Positions 29,722 through 39,707 of a DNA stretch of 64,000 nt are shown piece after piece; position 1 is the stretch's first letter, and the number at the start of each line of letters is the position of its first letter. The stretch comes from Chloroflexota bacterium (GTDB lineage Bacteria; Chloroflexota; UBA11872; VXOZ01). Made by a program: the position numbers and the translations under genes. The stretch lies in NCBI GenBank assembly GCA_964291655.2, contig OZ219802.1, forward strand, positions 2,208,001 to 2,272,000. The letters are read 5' to 3'. The notes under the pieces were generated by a model that was given only the letters and a program-made list of their open reading frames with translations, was not told where the DNA came from and ran no database searches.

Positions 29722-30986
29722 TGTATAGACCGGGTTGATGGGTAACGCTTGTTCGGGTTGATAGGTTACACCTATAGGCATGGAGAATCTTGCAGCGGGA
29801 GGATGACCATGTCGTGGAAGGTGGAAACGCTTATGTCTGCCCGGGAAGAGTTTATTGCTCTGGCCAATAGTGGCGCGGTGAGAATGAGCGAATTGTGCGG
29901 TCGGTTCAACATCAGCCGCAAGACTGGCTACAAGTGGTTGCGGCGGTACGCGTCGGGGGGAGCGCAGAGCCTGCGTGACCGTTCGCACCGCACGCACACG
30001 TGTCCGCACCGCACGCGCCCGGCGATGGAGGAACGCATCATCGCGCTGCGTCTGGCGCATCCTACGAAGGGCGCCCATGTGCTGCGCAGAATGCTGCAGG
30101 ACCAGGGGCATACCGACGTGCCGGCCAAGAGCACCATCAATGCCATTCTCAAACGCCATGGGCTCATCGATCCAGCCCAGAGCGCCAAGCACACGCCCCA
30201 TGTGCGCTTCGAACGACCCCAGCCCAACGAGCTGTGGCAGATGGACTTCAAGGGACATTTCGTCATGCAGCAGAACCGCTGCCATCCGCTTACCCTCCTG
30301 GACGATCATTCCCGCTTCAACCTAGGTTTACAGGCCTGCGCCAACGAGCGGGGAGAGACGGTTCAAGACCGCCTCACCACTGTCTTTCGGCGCTACGGCC
30401 TGCCCCAGGCCATGCTCATGGATAACGGCTCCCCCTGGGGCAACGACAGTGCCCAGCCTTTTACGCCCCTCACCGTCTGGCTCATGCAGCTGGGCATCAG
30501 CGTGCTCCACAGTAGACCCTATCATCCCCAGACACTCGGCAAGCTGGAACGCTTCCACCGCTCGCTCAAGAGCGAACTGCTGGCAGGAACCAGCTTCACC
30601 GACCTGGAGCACTGCCAGGGCGCCTTCGACACCTGGCGCGACTTCTACAACTTGGAACGCCCCCATCATGCCCTCGATCTCGACACACCCATCACCAGAT
30701 ACACGCCTAGTCCGCGCCCCTTCCCTGAGACGTTGCCTGCCCTCGACTACGCTCCTGACGACCACGTGCGCAGCGTCGATGTCTCCGGTCGCATCTCCTT
30801 CCAGGGCAGACGGCTCCGTGTGGGCAGGGCCTTCACCCACAAACAGGTCGCACTCAGGCCTGCCCAAACCGACGGCATCTGGAACGTGCACTTCTCAATA
30901 CAACGCATCAAAACCATAGACCTCAGAGCACAAAATGTGTAACCTATCAACCCGAACACCTGTTACCTATCAGCCCAGTCTGTACA
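29722..30986 (+). mobile_element. IS481-family insertion sequence, copy 1 (1265 bp)
   Basis: TGT...ACA ends with long imperfect TIRs; 6-bp DR CTCCCC; inside a BoxC hairpin. Confidence 0.95.
29809..30942 (+). CDS. IS481-family transposase
   Basis: MSWK, ISRKTGYKW HTH, PNELWQMDFKG, DDHSRF, MDNGSPW, HPQTLGKLERFH. Confidence 0.95.
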   Translation: MSWKVETLMSAREEFIALANSGAVRMSELCGRFNISRKTGYKWLRRYASGGAQSLRDRSHRTHTCPHRTRPAMEERIIALRLAHPTKGAHVLRRMLQDQGHTDVPAKSTINAILKRHGLIDPAQSAKHTPHVRFERPQPNELWQMDFKGHFVMQQNRCHPLTLLDDHSRFNLGLQACANERGETVQDRLTTVFRRYGLPQAMLMDNGSPWGNDSAQPFTPLTVWLMQLGISVLHSRPYHPQTLGKLERFHRSLKSELLAGTSFTDLEHCQGAFDTWRDFYNLERPHHALDLDTPITRYTPSPRPFPETLPALDYAPDDHVRSVDVSGRISFQGRRLRVGRAFTHKQVALRPAQTDGIWNVHFSIQRIKTIDLRAQNV

Positions 30987-30988
30987 CT

Positions 30989-31230
30989 CCCCCAGGGAGA
31001 GGGAGTAATCCGGCCTGCTGCCTAGGTTGGGCGAGGTTCCCTCTAGGGAGAGGGAGCAATCCCCGCCTGCCATTCAGGTCGATCTAACTTCTCACCAGGA
31101 AGAGGGAGTGATCCGCGCGTTCCGCCTGGGTTGTGCAGTAGCCTCCTCAGGGAGAAGGGGGGAATTCCCGCTCGCCGTTTAGGTTGTGCAAGTGTTTCCC
31201 CTGGGAGAGGGGGAGTTCTCATCTGCCCCT
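30989..31230. repeat. Degenerate tandem array, about 5 units of ~51 bp, each containing a GGGAGAGGG half-site
   Basis: Recurring [cc]AGGGAGAGGGAGtAATCC...aGGTTG.GC. Confidence 0.7.
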
Positions 31231-31311
31231 CAAGTCTTGTGAGGGCCGCCCCTAAGGAGACCTTTGCATAACTCCGGCCGGAGGCGCAAGAATTACCCCC
31301 TCTCCTTGGGA

Positions 31312-31599
31312 TGTATAGACCGGGTACATGGGTTACACATGTTCGGGCACATAGGTTACACCATAGAACGAGGGGATTTTCGTAGTATGCGATGTCCTTG
31401 CCTTGAAAGTTAGATCCGCTCAATATCCTTATGCACACAGTTTGTTTCTCTGGCACAAGCTGACAGGCTGAAAGTGAGTGCACTGTGTCGCCAGTCTCTT
31501 ATCAAACCCGGACCAACCCAATGCTCTCGTAGGTGTCAATCAGTAAAATGTGTAACCCATGTCCCCGAACAACTGTTACCTATGTCCCCGGTCTGTACA
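31312..31599 (+). mobile_element. Non-autonomous IS481 derivative (mini-1, 288 bp)
   Basis: TGTATAGACCGGG...CCGGTCTGTACA ends; decayed transposase 5' end; imperfect DR TGGGA/GGGGA. Confidence 0.85.
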
Positions 31600-31737
31600 G
31601 GGGAGAGGGTCGGGGTGAGGGGTCTTACCTGCTTTGCTAATCGTAATACATGTACAGTCAATCATTCTAGAACTAATCCGGTCAAGAAGATGCTCATGCT
31701 TAGAGCAATTTCACCCTCACCCTAACCCTCTCCCGTC

Positions 31738-32024
31738 TGTACAGACTGGGCTGATAGGTAACAGGTGTTCGGGTTGATAGGTTACACATTGTACTGATTG
31801 ACACCTTCGGGCGCTTTAGGTTGGGCAGAGAAATAGACGTTCCAGGCACCACGACATACTCATGTTCAGTTCGTGAGCTGGTGCCAGGGGAAAAACCGTA
31901 TCCATAAGGGTATTGAGTTGGTCTAACTTCCATGGCATGGACACTGCATACAACGAAAACTCCCATATTCGATGGTGTAACCTATCAACCCGAACATGTG
32001 TTGCCCATCAACCCGGTCTATACA
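31738..32024 (-). mobile_element. Non-autonomous IS481 derivative (mini-2, 287 bp)
   Basis: Ends nearly identical to the resident IS481; 6-bp DR CCCGTC. Confidence 0.9.
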
Positions 32025-32312
32025 CCCGTCAAGGGAGAGGGGACAATCTACCTACCACATGGATTTTGCAAAAGTCTCCCTTAGGTGATGGGGCAAGCCT
32101 CGCCTCCCGTTCCGGTTGAGCTATGTTCTCCCAAGGCATAAGGTGTCGTTGTGCCCGGTTTCCCTGATCGTGCATGGGTGTGTCTACGGCGACAGCTCAC
32201 TGCACTTCCTATCCATTGCCTCGTGCCTTGAACCGACAGCGCATTTTGCACTATACTGCCTGCGAAGCGTTAGGCAAACTAAAGCGCCGACACATAGGAG
32301 GTCCGAGAGCAA

Positions 32313-33065
32313 ATGCGGTTTTCCGGCAAGCTCGTCATCATCATCGCGCTGGCAGTTAGCGTGCTGCTGGTCAGCAACGTCATCGCTGCCAAACCTCTCT
32401 CGCTCTTCGAATTGCCTTTCGAATTCCTTGGAAGCACCAGTTACATAGTATCCGTTGCCGTCATATGTTTCCCGTTGAGCTACATTATCAGCGATGTTCT
32501 CACGGAGGTGTACGGCTTTCGTGTGGCGCGCGGTGTGATTTGGCTGGGCTTTGCCTGTAACCTCCTTATGGTCATCATCTTTTTCATTGGAGGCGCTATC
32601 CCCGGTGCCGTTTTCTGGGAAGACCAAGACGCCTACGAGACCATCCTGGGCACCACCGGTTGGGTCTTGGCGGGCTCGTTCGTGGCCTACCTGATAGGCG
32701 AGTTTTCCAATGCAATGGTAATGGTTGTCTTGAAGAACCGGACGGCAGGCCGCCATCTATGGCTCCGCACTATATCGTCGACGTTCGTCGGCCAAGGTGT
32801 CGACTCGATTATGTTCTACGGCATTGCCTTCGGCATCTCCGGTATATGGCCTATGATGGATGTTGTGCGCGCCATGATACTTGCGTGGATCGCCAAGACT
32901 ATCTACGAAATCGTCGCGACACCGGTGACGTACCTGGTTGTGGGCTGGCTCAAGCGCACCGAACGCATGGATATCTACGATGCGCCCCACTCCATGAATC
33001 CGTTCGGTATTTTCGGCGGCGACCCGGAGACTAGCGTCAACGCAGCGGAAACCGCCGAGGCGTGA
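32313..33065 (+). CDS. yhhQ: Queuosine precursor transporter (YhhQ/Vut_1)
   Basis: SNVIAAK, FPLSYIISDVLTEVYG, AYLIGEFSN, LWLRTISST.VGQGVDS; next to queF. Confidence 0.92.
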   Translation: MRFSGKLVIIIALAVSVLLVSNVIAAKPLSLFELPFEFLGSTSYIVSVAVICFPLSYIISDVLTEVYGFRVARGVIWLGFACNLLMVIIFFIGGAIPGAVFWEDQDAYETILGTTGWVLAGSFVAYLIGEFSNAMVMVVLKNRTAGRHLWLRTISSTFVGQGVDSIMFYGIAFGISGIWPMMDVVRAMILAWIAKTIYEIVATPVTYLVVGWLKRTERMDIYDAPHSMNPFGIFGGDPETSVNAAETAEA

Positions 33066-33207
33066 TTCTTGCCCTCGGCTCAGTGCTGCGAAGTGGCGCA
33101 GCGTGCCTGTTGTCGACCGCTGGTATCTACTGACCGCGACGACCTGCCCCCTCTCCCTCTGAAAACCCCCGTATCGGGTTGATACGCTGTATCGAGGTAC
33201 GGGGCAG

Positions 33208-33438
33208 GCTTTGCTTAACCCCGGCCGGAGACGCAAAGATTACTCCTTCTCCCTGGGGAGAGGGCCGGGGTTAGGGGATGTCTGCGTAAGCCATCATCTT
33301 TACCAGCAAGACCGATACGCAAGAGTACAATAACGGGAAGAGAGCTCCCGGGTTGCGGGAAAATCTTCCCTCACCCTAACCCTCTCCTGCCGGGAGAGGG
33401 GACATCCCCGTCCCGGCAAGGGTATTGCAAAGATCTCC
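33208..33438. repeat. Uninterrupted BoxC-doublet MITE
   Basis: Two inverted BoxC arms (33245-33277, 33368-33401), 90-bp spacer homologous to 7915-8000 and 47864-47951; right end TGCAAAGATCTC. Confidence 0.8.
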
Positions 33439-33567
33439 ACTGGGCGAGGACCGGGGCGAGGGGGTGAATTGCGCCACGAGAGTCGGAATTTGCTCACAGC
33501 ATGAAAAGTCCGCCACGGTTTCACAAGTGCGCGAGGACTCCCACGCAAGCCGGTGAGACAGTCAACC

Positions 33568-34014
33568 CTATTCGGCAGCGGAATCCTCAGGCGGGTACCG
33601 CACTGTCACCACCGTGTGCAAACCGCCCCGGGGCGTGTAGTCCAAGCATACTGACATGGTGCGCGGGTCGCACGCCAGCACAAGATCATCGAGAATCCGG
33701 CTGGCGGCGTGTTCCTGCACTATGCCCACCGGCCGGAAAGAGAGCAGGTAGTACTTGAGCGACTTGAGCTCGAGGCAATGCGCGCGCGGTACATAGATGA
33801 TAGTCAGGTCGCCGGTGTCCGGTAGCCCGGTCCACGGGCAGACTGCCGTGAACTCGTGGGTATCGATCACCACCTCAGCCGGATTGTCGGGGTAGTCATA
33901 GGGAAAGGTGAGCAGGAAACCTGGGTCTATCGCATCCTCACCGGCGACATCCAGTTTGATATCCAACGCTGCATAGCGTTCCTTGATGTCATCGATCGAT
34001 TCTGTCACCGGCAT
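33568..34014 (-). CDS. queF: NADPH-dependent preQ0 reductase (type I QueF)
   Basis: EFTAVCPWTGLPD, ELKSLKYYLLSFR, QEH, PRGG. Confidence 0.93.
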   Translation of the reverse strand: MPVTESIDDIKERYAALDIKLDVAGEDAIDPGFLLTFPYDYPDNPAEVVIDTHEFTAVCPWTGLPDTGDLTIIYVPRAHCLELKSLKYYLLSFRPVGIVQEHAASRILDDLVLACDPRTMSVCLDYTPRGGLHTVVTVRYPPEDSAAE

Positions 34015-34170
34015 CTCCTTATTGTGCTTTCTTGGGACGCAACTGGCTACGGCACACTCTCTATTGTAATGCTATTGTGAGTTTTGGCCGCAAAGGCTCC
34101 TGGTAAACCACTACCAGGGACTGCGAGACTTGAAGCAGAGGCAGCCGGATTTGCGTGTTCTAGTTTTGCC

Positions 34171-34956
34171 ATGATCATCGACGTGCACGTGCATTACCGC
34201 TCGGACGGGCAGTTTGCGCAGGCGCTGCGTCTGGCCGAGCGGCTTGATATGGTGCTCTGCCTAAACTCCATCAACCTGGAGGGCACGGTCTCGCCGCACT
34301 TTCCGTCGGCAGAGTTCGTGGCCGCCTGCAACGACCGCACGGCAGCGGCGGCCCGGGAGCACCCGCAGCGCATCATTCCCTTCTGGTACCTCAATCCGGT
34401 ACTCGCTGATGCCGCTCGCGCGGAGCTGCGGCAGCGTGTCGGGCGACACAAGGGTCCTCAGGGCGTGAAGCTCTGGATGGCGGCGAAAGGCAATGATCCG
34501 CGCGTTGATGCCACGCTCGGCCTCTGCGGGCAGTACCATCTGCCGGTGCTGCAACACACGAATATCGAGGCCGGCGGCACGCTGCCCACCGAAACTACGC
34601 CGCAGGAGATGCGTGAAATGGCGCTGCGGCACCCCGACGTGACGTTTCTGTGGGGTCATGCCGGCAGCGATTACGAGTACGGCGTGAAGTGCGCCCGTGA
34701 CCTGGACAACGTGCTGATGGACATCGGCGGCAATGAGGCCACGAACGGTTACACCGAAATGCTGGTACGCTACCTGGGGGCGGAGCGCGTCGTCTACGGC
34801 AGCGACGCCACCGGCAGGTCGTTCACGTCGCAACTGGCAAAGGTGTACGGCGCGGACATCTCATGGGACGTGAAGGAGATGATTCTCCACCGCAATGCGG
34901 CGGCGCTCTTCGCGCGGCAAGGCTATGATGAGAATGCAGAGGGAGAGTCCTTGTGA
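34171..34956 (+). CDS. Amidohydrolase-2 family metallohydrolase
   Basis: IIDVHVH, GVKL, PVLQH, WGHAG, VVYGSD. Confidence 0.88.
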   Translation: MIIDVHVHYRSDGQFAQALRLAERLDMVLCLNSINLEGTVSPHFPSAEFVAACNDRTAAAAREHPQRIIPFWYLNPVLADAARAELRQRVGRHKGPQGVKLWMAAKGNDPRVDATLGLCGQYHLPVLQHTNIEAGGTLPTETTPQEMREMALRHPDVTFLWGHAGSDYEYGVKCARDLDNVLMDIGGNEATNGYTEMLVRYLGAERVVYGSDATGRSFTSQLAKVYGADISWDVKEMILHRNAAALFARQGYDENAEGESL

Positions 34957-35015
34957 GAATGGGCGCGTTGCATGGCGCGTGGCTTACGCCGGTGCTTAAC
35001 CCTGGAGCGAAGACC

Positions 35016-35243
35016 GGGGGACAAGCCCCCGCGCTACGAAAAGACGCGAGAAGGCGGATGACAAGAGCCCGAACCGTAGTCAAGAAACTGCGCTATTGAG
35101 GTCGTCGTTCCCGCGAAAGTTCGCTCCCGTGCGGGAGCGCGGAATCCGTATTCTCCGTGTAACGTGATCCGGCGGGTCGGCGGGGGACAAGCCCCCGCGC
35201 TACGGCAAGACCTGAAGAAGCAGGGGACAAGCCCCCGCGTTAC
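35016..35243. repeat. Cluster of three GTAGCGCGGGGGCTTGTCCCCC REPs (family C)
   Basis: Copies at 35016, 35181 and 35223; others at 54068 and 61874. Confidence 0.85.
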
Positions 35244-35375
35244 GGCAAGGCACGCGAAGGTAGCGGGCAAGTACCTGCGCTGCGGCACATGAATTGAACG
35301 CCTTCTCGCATGAACAAGCGTACATTGACGGGGACGAGATGCTGAGTTGAAGAGTTCACTCCCTGGGGTGAAGCC

Positions 35376-36152
35376 ATGATTTACGACGTGCACGTACACT
35401 TCCGCAGCGTGGGGATGATGCAGCGGGCGCTCGCCCGGGCCGAGCGCCTCGACATGATGCTCTGCACGAACAGCATCAATCTGGAAGGCAGCAGTTCGCC
35501 CAACTTTCCTTCGCGCGAATTCGTAACCGCCTGCAACGACCGCACCCTAGGACTCGCGCAGCAGCATCCAGAGCGCGTGATTCCGTTTTGGTACCTCAAT
35601 CCGGTGCACGGGCAGTACGCATGCGATGAGCTAGAACGACGCGCGAAAGGCTTCCGCGGCCGCCAAGGAGTCAAGCTCTGGGAAGCGGTCCGGGGCAACG
35701 ACCCGCAGGTGGACGGTATCATGCAAATCTGCGCCGCGTACCGCCTGCCGGTCTTGCAGCACACATTTGCGGAGGTCACGGGCAATCTGCCCTCCGAGAC
35801 CAGCGGCCCGGACATGCGGGAGATGGCGCTGCGGCACCCGGATGTCACCTTCTTCTTCGGCCATGCCGCCGGTGACATCGAGGTGGGCGCCAAGTGCGCC
35901 CTCGGCCTTCCCAACGTTCTCATGGACGTTGGCGGCAACGAGGCCGTGAACGGTTACACGGAGATTCTGGTAAAGCACGTCGGCGCAGAGCATGTGGTCT
36001 ACGGCAGCGACGCTTCCGGACGGTCGTTTTCGTCGCAGCTTGCCAAGGTGTTTGGGGCCGACCTCACGCCGGAGGACAAGAATCAGATTCTCTACGCCAA
36101 TGTGCAAAGCCTCTTCGACCGGCAACAAGAGCTCGACAGTGCTAGTATTTGA
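35376..36152 (+). CDS. Amidohydrolase-2 family metallohydrolase, paralog of 34171..34956
   Basis: IYDVHVH, shared NSINLEG, IPFWYLNPV, GGNEA, GRSF.SQLAKV. Confidence 0.88.
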   Translation: MIYDVHVHFRSVGMMQRALARAERLDMMLCTNSINLEGSSSPNFPSREFVTACNDRTLGLAQQHPERVIPFWYLNPVHGQYACDELERRAKGFRGRQGVKLWEAVRGNDPQVDGIMQICAAYRLPVLQHTFAEVTGNLPSETSGPDMREMALRHPDVTFFFGHAAGDIEVGAKCALGLPNVLMDVGGNEAVNGYTEILVKHVGAEHVVYGSDASGRSFSSQLAKVFGADLTPEDKNQILYANVQSLFDRQQELDSASI

Positions 36153-36383
36153 TGGGTGGGGGCTTTGTCAAGAGGGGCAAGCTTTGACCCTACCGGGTAG
36201 CACGTCTCTCTAGTTGCCTACGTGAGCCGGAGAAGATGAGTGGCCCAACAACATTGCAATGATGGGCAGGCGTAAGAGACAGCGCGAGGAAACGGCGTAG
36301 GTTACGCGTACGGGACGTACCGCCCGTCCCGTGCGAACTAACACTACCCATCAGCACAAGAACATCGAACCACTAGATCCCGT

Positions 36384-36604
36384 CTTGCGCCGGAATTGTA
36401 ATTGCCAGGTAATTCGTTGACAGATTTGAGAACAAAAGCAACTGAACGCAGTACTCTACATGAACAGTACACATGTCATTCCGAACGGAGCGCAGCGAAG
36501 AGAGGAATCTAGGATGTTGAGCCTATTGTGCGACACGTTGCATGGGCCCTAGATTCCTCGCTCCGCTCGGAATGACATGATCTGTCAACACTTACAGGAA
36601 TGAC
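36384..36604. repeat. Composite MITE with TAATTCGTTGACAGA end and GTCATTCCGAGCG REP pair
   Basis: Reverse-complement homolog of 63005-63257. Confidence 0.8.
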
Positions 36605-36642
36605 GGAGAGCGTGCCAATTCAGACTGATAGGTTTCCACCCA

Positions 36643-37476
36643 ATGATTGACGCAAATGCCTTTCTCGGCGAGTGGCCGTTCCGCCGCCTGCCCTATGCCC
36701 AACCGGAAGACCGACTGCGCAAGATGGACGCCCTCGGCATCGAGAAGGCAGTGGTCTCGCGGTTGGAAAACGTCTTCTATAAAGACCTCCTGGTGGGCAA
36801 CGAGGAACTCCACGCCATCGTGCGGCGGTATCCCGACCGCTTTATTCCTGCGTACACGATCAATCCGGGCTTTCCCGGCTGGGAACACGACCTGGAGGTC
36901 TGCATCAACGACTTCGGCATGTGCAACCTGCGCCTGCACCCGAACTATCATCAATACAGCCGCCTCAAGGGCAACGTGCCGCGCATAGCCGAGGCCCGGG
37001 GCTATCCCAATTACCAGCAGTACCATTTCCTCGACGACCAGGCGCAGGCGCTGCTGGGCAAGGCCGAGGAACATAATCTGGTGGTGCTGATCTCAATTGG
37101 TGTGGAAGACCCCCGCTTTGCGCATTGGTTGATGAAAGTACCCTCGGTAACAACAATCGACGCGGCGGAAGCGGTGAACGGCTTTCCGGGTGTGCGCTTC
37201 CTGGTCTGCGGGGCTACCTTTTCCGAGGTGCGCAGCCTCTGGTCGACCGCCTATCACCAGGACAACCTCTACTTCGAAAACTCCCGCGTGCAGGGGCCCA
37301 TCGGCGACGTGGACGACCTCTGCGCGCTCATGGGTCCGGACCGCCTGCTCTTCGGCTCGAATCTGCCGATAAACTACGCCGAATCCGCCAAGCTCAGTAT
37401 CGAGTATGCTGAGGTTGGCGCTGACGTGAAGCAGGCGCTCTTTCGTGGCAACGCGGAGCGACTGTTTGGCGTCTAG
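36643..37476 (+). CDS. Amidohydrolase-like protein with degenerate metal motif
   Basis: MIDANAFLGEWPFR, LRLHPNYH, RLLFGSNLP, GNAERL. Confidence 0.85.
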   Translation: MIDANAFLGEWPFRRLPYAQPEDRLRKMDALGIEKAVVSRLENVFYKDLLVGNEELHAIVRRYPDRFIPAYTINPGFPGWEHDLEVCINDFGMCNLRLHPNYHQYSRLKGNVPRIAEARGYPNYQQYHFLDDQAQALLGKAEEHNLVVLISIGVEDPRFAHWLMKVPSVTTIDAAEAVNGFPGVRFLVCGATFSEVRSLWSTAYHQDNLYFENSRVQGPIGDVDDLCALMGPDRLLFGSNLPINYAESAKLSIEYAEVGADVKQALFRGNAERLFGV

Positions 37477-37614
37477 CTGTGCTGCCGAAGGTTGGCAGGT
37501 ATACATCTGCCAGCCTGTGGGCAGACACCGCATGGGCAAAGAAATAGTCCGCGTCTTGCCGGCGCAACGATTGTCGAGAGGATCATTAGACGTTCCCCAG
37601 AAGGAGGACCAGCT

Positions 37615-37935
37615 ATGAGTTTTTTGCGCTCCTATGGCGGCTTGACCACCATTGCGTGGGTGAGTGCCCTTGTCTTTGTTGCCTCGATCACGGACGCTTC
37701 GCTCACCGATAGCGAAGTGGCTGCCCGGATGGCTTACGGCCTGGCGGCAGTCGCCGCCGTGGTTGTAGTGGTGCTGATATTCGCGCTGCGCAGGCTGAAG
37801 AGCCGGGCTGAGAGCAAGGTCACGGCGTCTGAGCCAATTCTCCTGACGGACATCCAGGTCCTGGCGAAGTCCAACTCAGGACTGCTGGAGGATGCCCTCG
37901 CCCTGCATGCCTCTCAGAAGGACGAGGCGGACTAA
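37615..37935 (+). CDS. Small two-TM membrane protein
   Basis: AAGGAGG RBS; two hydrophobic helices. Confidence 0.65.
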   Translation: MSFLRSYGGLTTIAWVSALVFVASITDASLTDSEVAARMAYGLAAVAAVVVVVLIFALRRLKSRAESKVTASEPILLTDIQVLAKSNSGLLEDALALHASQKDEAD

Positions 37936-38050
37936 CCGGTACGCTGCATTCGTTGGCCAGGTGAGAGCCGGCTCACATTCCAGTTTTGACTTCGCTGCGC
38001 CACAGCCCAAGATTGGAGCTACTGGCGCAAGGGTGCAAACGATTAGAGTG

Positions 38051-38079
38051 TTGACGAACCCCATGGTGAGGCATATAGT
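38051..38079 (+). promoter_or_regulatory. Sigma70-type promoter
   Basis: TTGACG-17 bp-TATAGT upstream of the solute-binding protein gene. Confidence 0.6.
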
Positions 38080-38255
38080 ATGAACAAGTGCAGCGAAGGG
38101 AAACAAAAAAGGAGGTGCAAACCCGAAATCCGCTCACTGCTCCGCATGTCTTTATTTACTGAACATCCCAGACTGTGCGCACGCACCAGAAGGTGCGAAG
38201 TAGCGGGCCGGAGAAGTCAAGAATCGCAGTGGTGCAAACCAAGGAGAAGCTACGC

Positions 38256-39617
38256 ATGTCCACGACGAAACTGACCCGACGCACGGTTCTCGGCGGCACA
38301 CTCGGAGTTGCCGGCGCCGCATTGCTCGCCGCTTGCGGCACGGTGCAGACCGCAGCCCCGGCGGAGCAACAAGAGGAAATGGCCCCCAAAGAGGCGGCCC
38401 AAGAAGCGCCCGCCATGGAGCACACGCCCGTGTGGGCCGTGTGGATGGGCGACGAGACCAGCCAGCTACGCTGGAACACCGCCATGGAGCTCTTCGGGGA
38501 AGAAAACCCCGAGGTCACGTGGAGGATCACCTGGGAGCACTGGAAGCGCAGCCTGCCGCCGTTGTTGGCCGCCGGTGAAATCCCGGACATCGCGAATACG
38601 TCGTCAGCCCCCCACATTCTGGTCGACAACTGGCTGGATGCCGGCCCCATCATGTCGGCCGCCGGCATCAATCAGGCCGACTACGCCGGGCGGCTCTTCG
38701 AGGCCGTTACCTGGCGCGGCAAGACCATGGGCGTTCCCACCGGCTCGAACACCACCGCGCTCTTCTATAGAGGCGACATGTTCGATGAAGCCGGCCAGAA
38801 TCCGCCGACGAGTGACATGTCCTGGGAAGAGACCATCGCGGTTTCCGCCGACATTGCCGGCCGCCTGAACCAAGGCGAGGAGCGCGCGCGCTGGGGTATC
38901 TCTACCATGAGCTACGCCTGGAGTTACTTCCCGCTCCTCTACGCGGGCATGTTGGATACCGACGGCAACGTCGTGGTGAACCGCGACATCGCCGTGCACC
39001 TCGTGCAGTTGATCATGCAGGACTCGATTGAGAAGTTCCGCGCCGCCCCCACGCGGGAAGACCTTGCGGCCACGGAAGACTATTACGGCACCGGGGTCTT
39101 CCCCACCGGTAAGGTGGCCATGGTGCCGGGCGGCACGTTCATCTTGAAGCCGTTCCGCGAAGCCGACCCGTTCGCGTTCTCCACGGTGGAAGTGCCCTAT
39201 ACGGAAGTAACGGGTACCAGGGTGCGCGGCGCCTTCAACGGGCACGAGCAGATGAGCCTGCTGGCCGGCGGCGCGGAAAACCCGGATGCGCAGAAGTTCG
39301 CAATCTGGACGATGGGGGAGGAGCACCAACGCTGGATGGGCGGCGAGGGCTGGTCGGTGCCGGCGCTGAATGCGGCGGCGGACACGTTCGCGCCGCCGGC
39401 GGACGATCCGCGGCCCGCCGACCAGAGCGCGTTCGTCAAGGCCATTAGCTACGCCACCAGCTACTTCGCGCACCCGGCCTCCAGCGCGATCGCCTCCGCG
39501 GGCACCGGCCCGCTCCGCGCCTTCGTGGAAGAAGGGGCGCTCACCGCCGAGGAGACCGTGGACCTGGCTATCGACCAGATGCAAGCCGCAGTGGACGAAT
39601 GGGAGAGCAACCAGTAG
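38256..39617 (+). CDS. Tat-exported sugar-type ABC solute-binding lipoprotein (orphan)
   Basis: TRRTVL Tat motif, LAAC lipobox, LAAGEIPDI, LFYRGDMFDEAG. Confidence 0.88.
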   Translation: MSTTKLTRRTVLGGTLGVAGAALLAACGTVQTAAPAEQQEEMAPKEAAQEAPAMEHTPVWAVWMGDETSQLRWNTAMELFGEENPEVTWRITWEHWKRSLPPLLAAGEIPDIANTSSAPHILVDNWLDAGPIMSAAGINQADYAGRLFEAVTWRGKTMGVPTGSNTTALFYRGDMFDEAGQNPPTSDMSWEETIAVSADIAGRLNQGEERARWGISTMSYAWSYFPLLYAGMLDTDGNVVVNRDIAVHLVQLIMQDSIEKFRAAPTREDLAATEDYYGTGVFPTGKVAMVPGGTFILKPFREADPFAFSTVEVPYTEVTGTRVRGAFNGHEQMSLLAGGAENPDAQKFAIWTMGEEHQRWMGGEGWSVPALNAAADTFAPPADDPRPADQSAFVKAISYATSYFAHPASSAIASAGTGPLRAFVEEGALTAEETVDLAIDQMQAAVDEWESNQ

Positions 39618-39707
39618 TCCGCACATAGGCCTGACAAAGGAAACGCTTGCCTTGCGCGAGAACATGGCATGTTGATGGCGTAGAGCACAAGCCAATGCGC
39701 TATCTGC

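Larger units (their letters stand above)
31257..32078. mobile_element. BoxC-doublet MITE with IS5/IS1106-like ends, containing two nested mini-IS481
   Basis: TIRs GAGACCTTTGCA / TGCAAAAGTCTC; CCTAAG / CCTTAG flanks; both BoxC arms interrupted. Confidence 0.8.

Noticed and set aside
29587-30309. N-terminal extension giving a 776-aa LamG ORF
   Set aside because: It is antisense IS481 plus BoxC sequence; the real start is GTG 29586 with an RBS
30989-31230. Possible CRISPR array
   Set aside because: Repeats are degenerate, the would-be spacers resemble each other, and no cas genes are present; it is a tandem repeat
32255-32300. preQ1 riboswitch upstream of yhhQ
   Set aside because: A TGCCT/AGGCA hairpin with a short A-rich tail exists, but the loop does not match the preQ1-I consensus
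35016-35243. RAYT locus for the GTAG REPs
   Set aside because: No HUH/Y1 transposase ORF is in the window; any cognate gene must lie elsewhere
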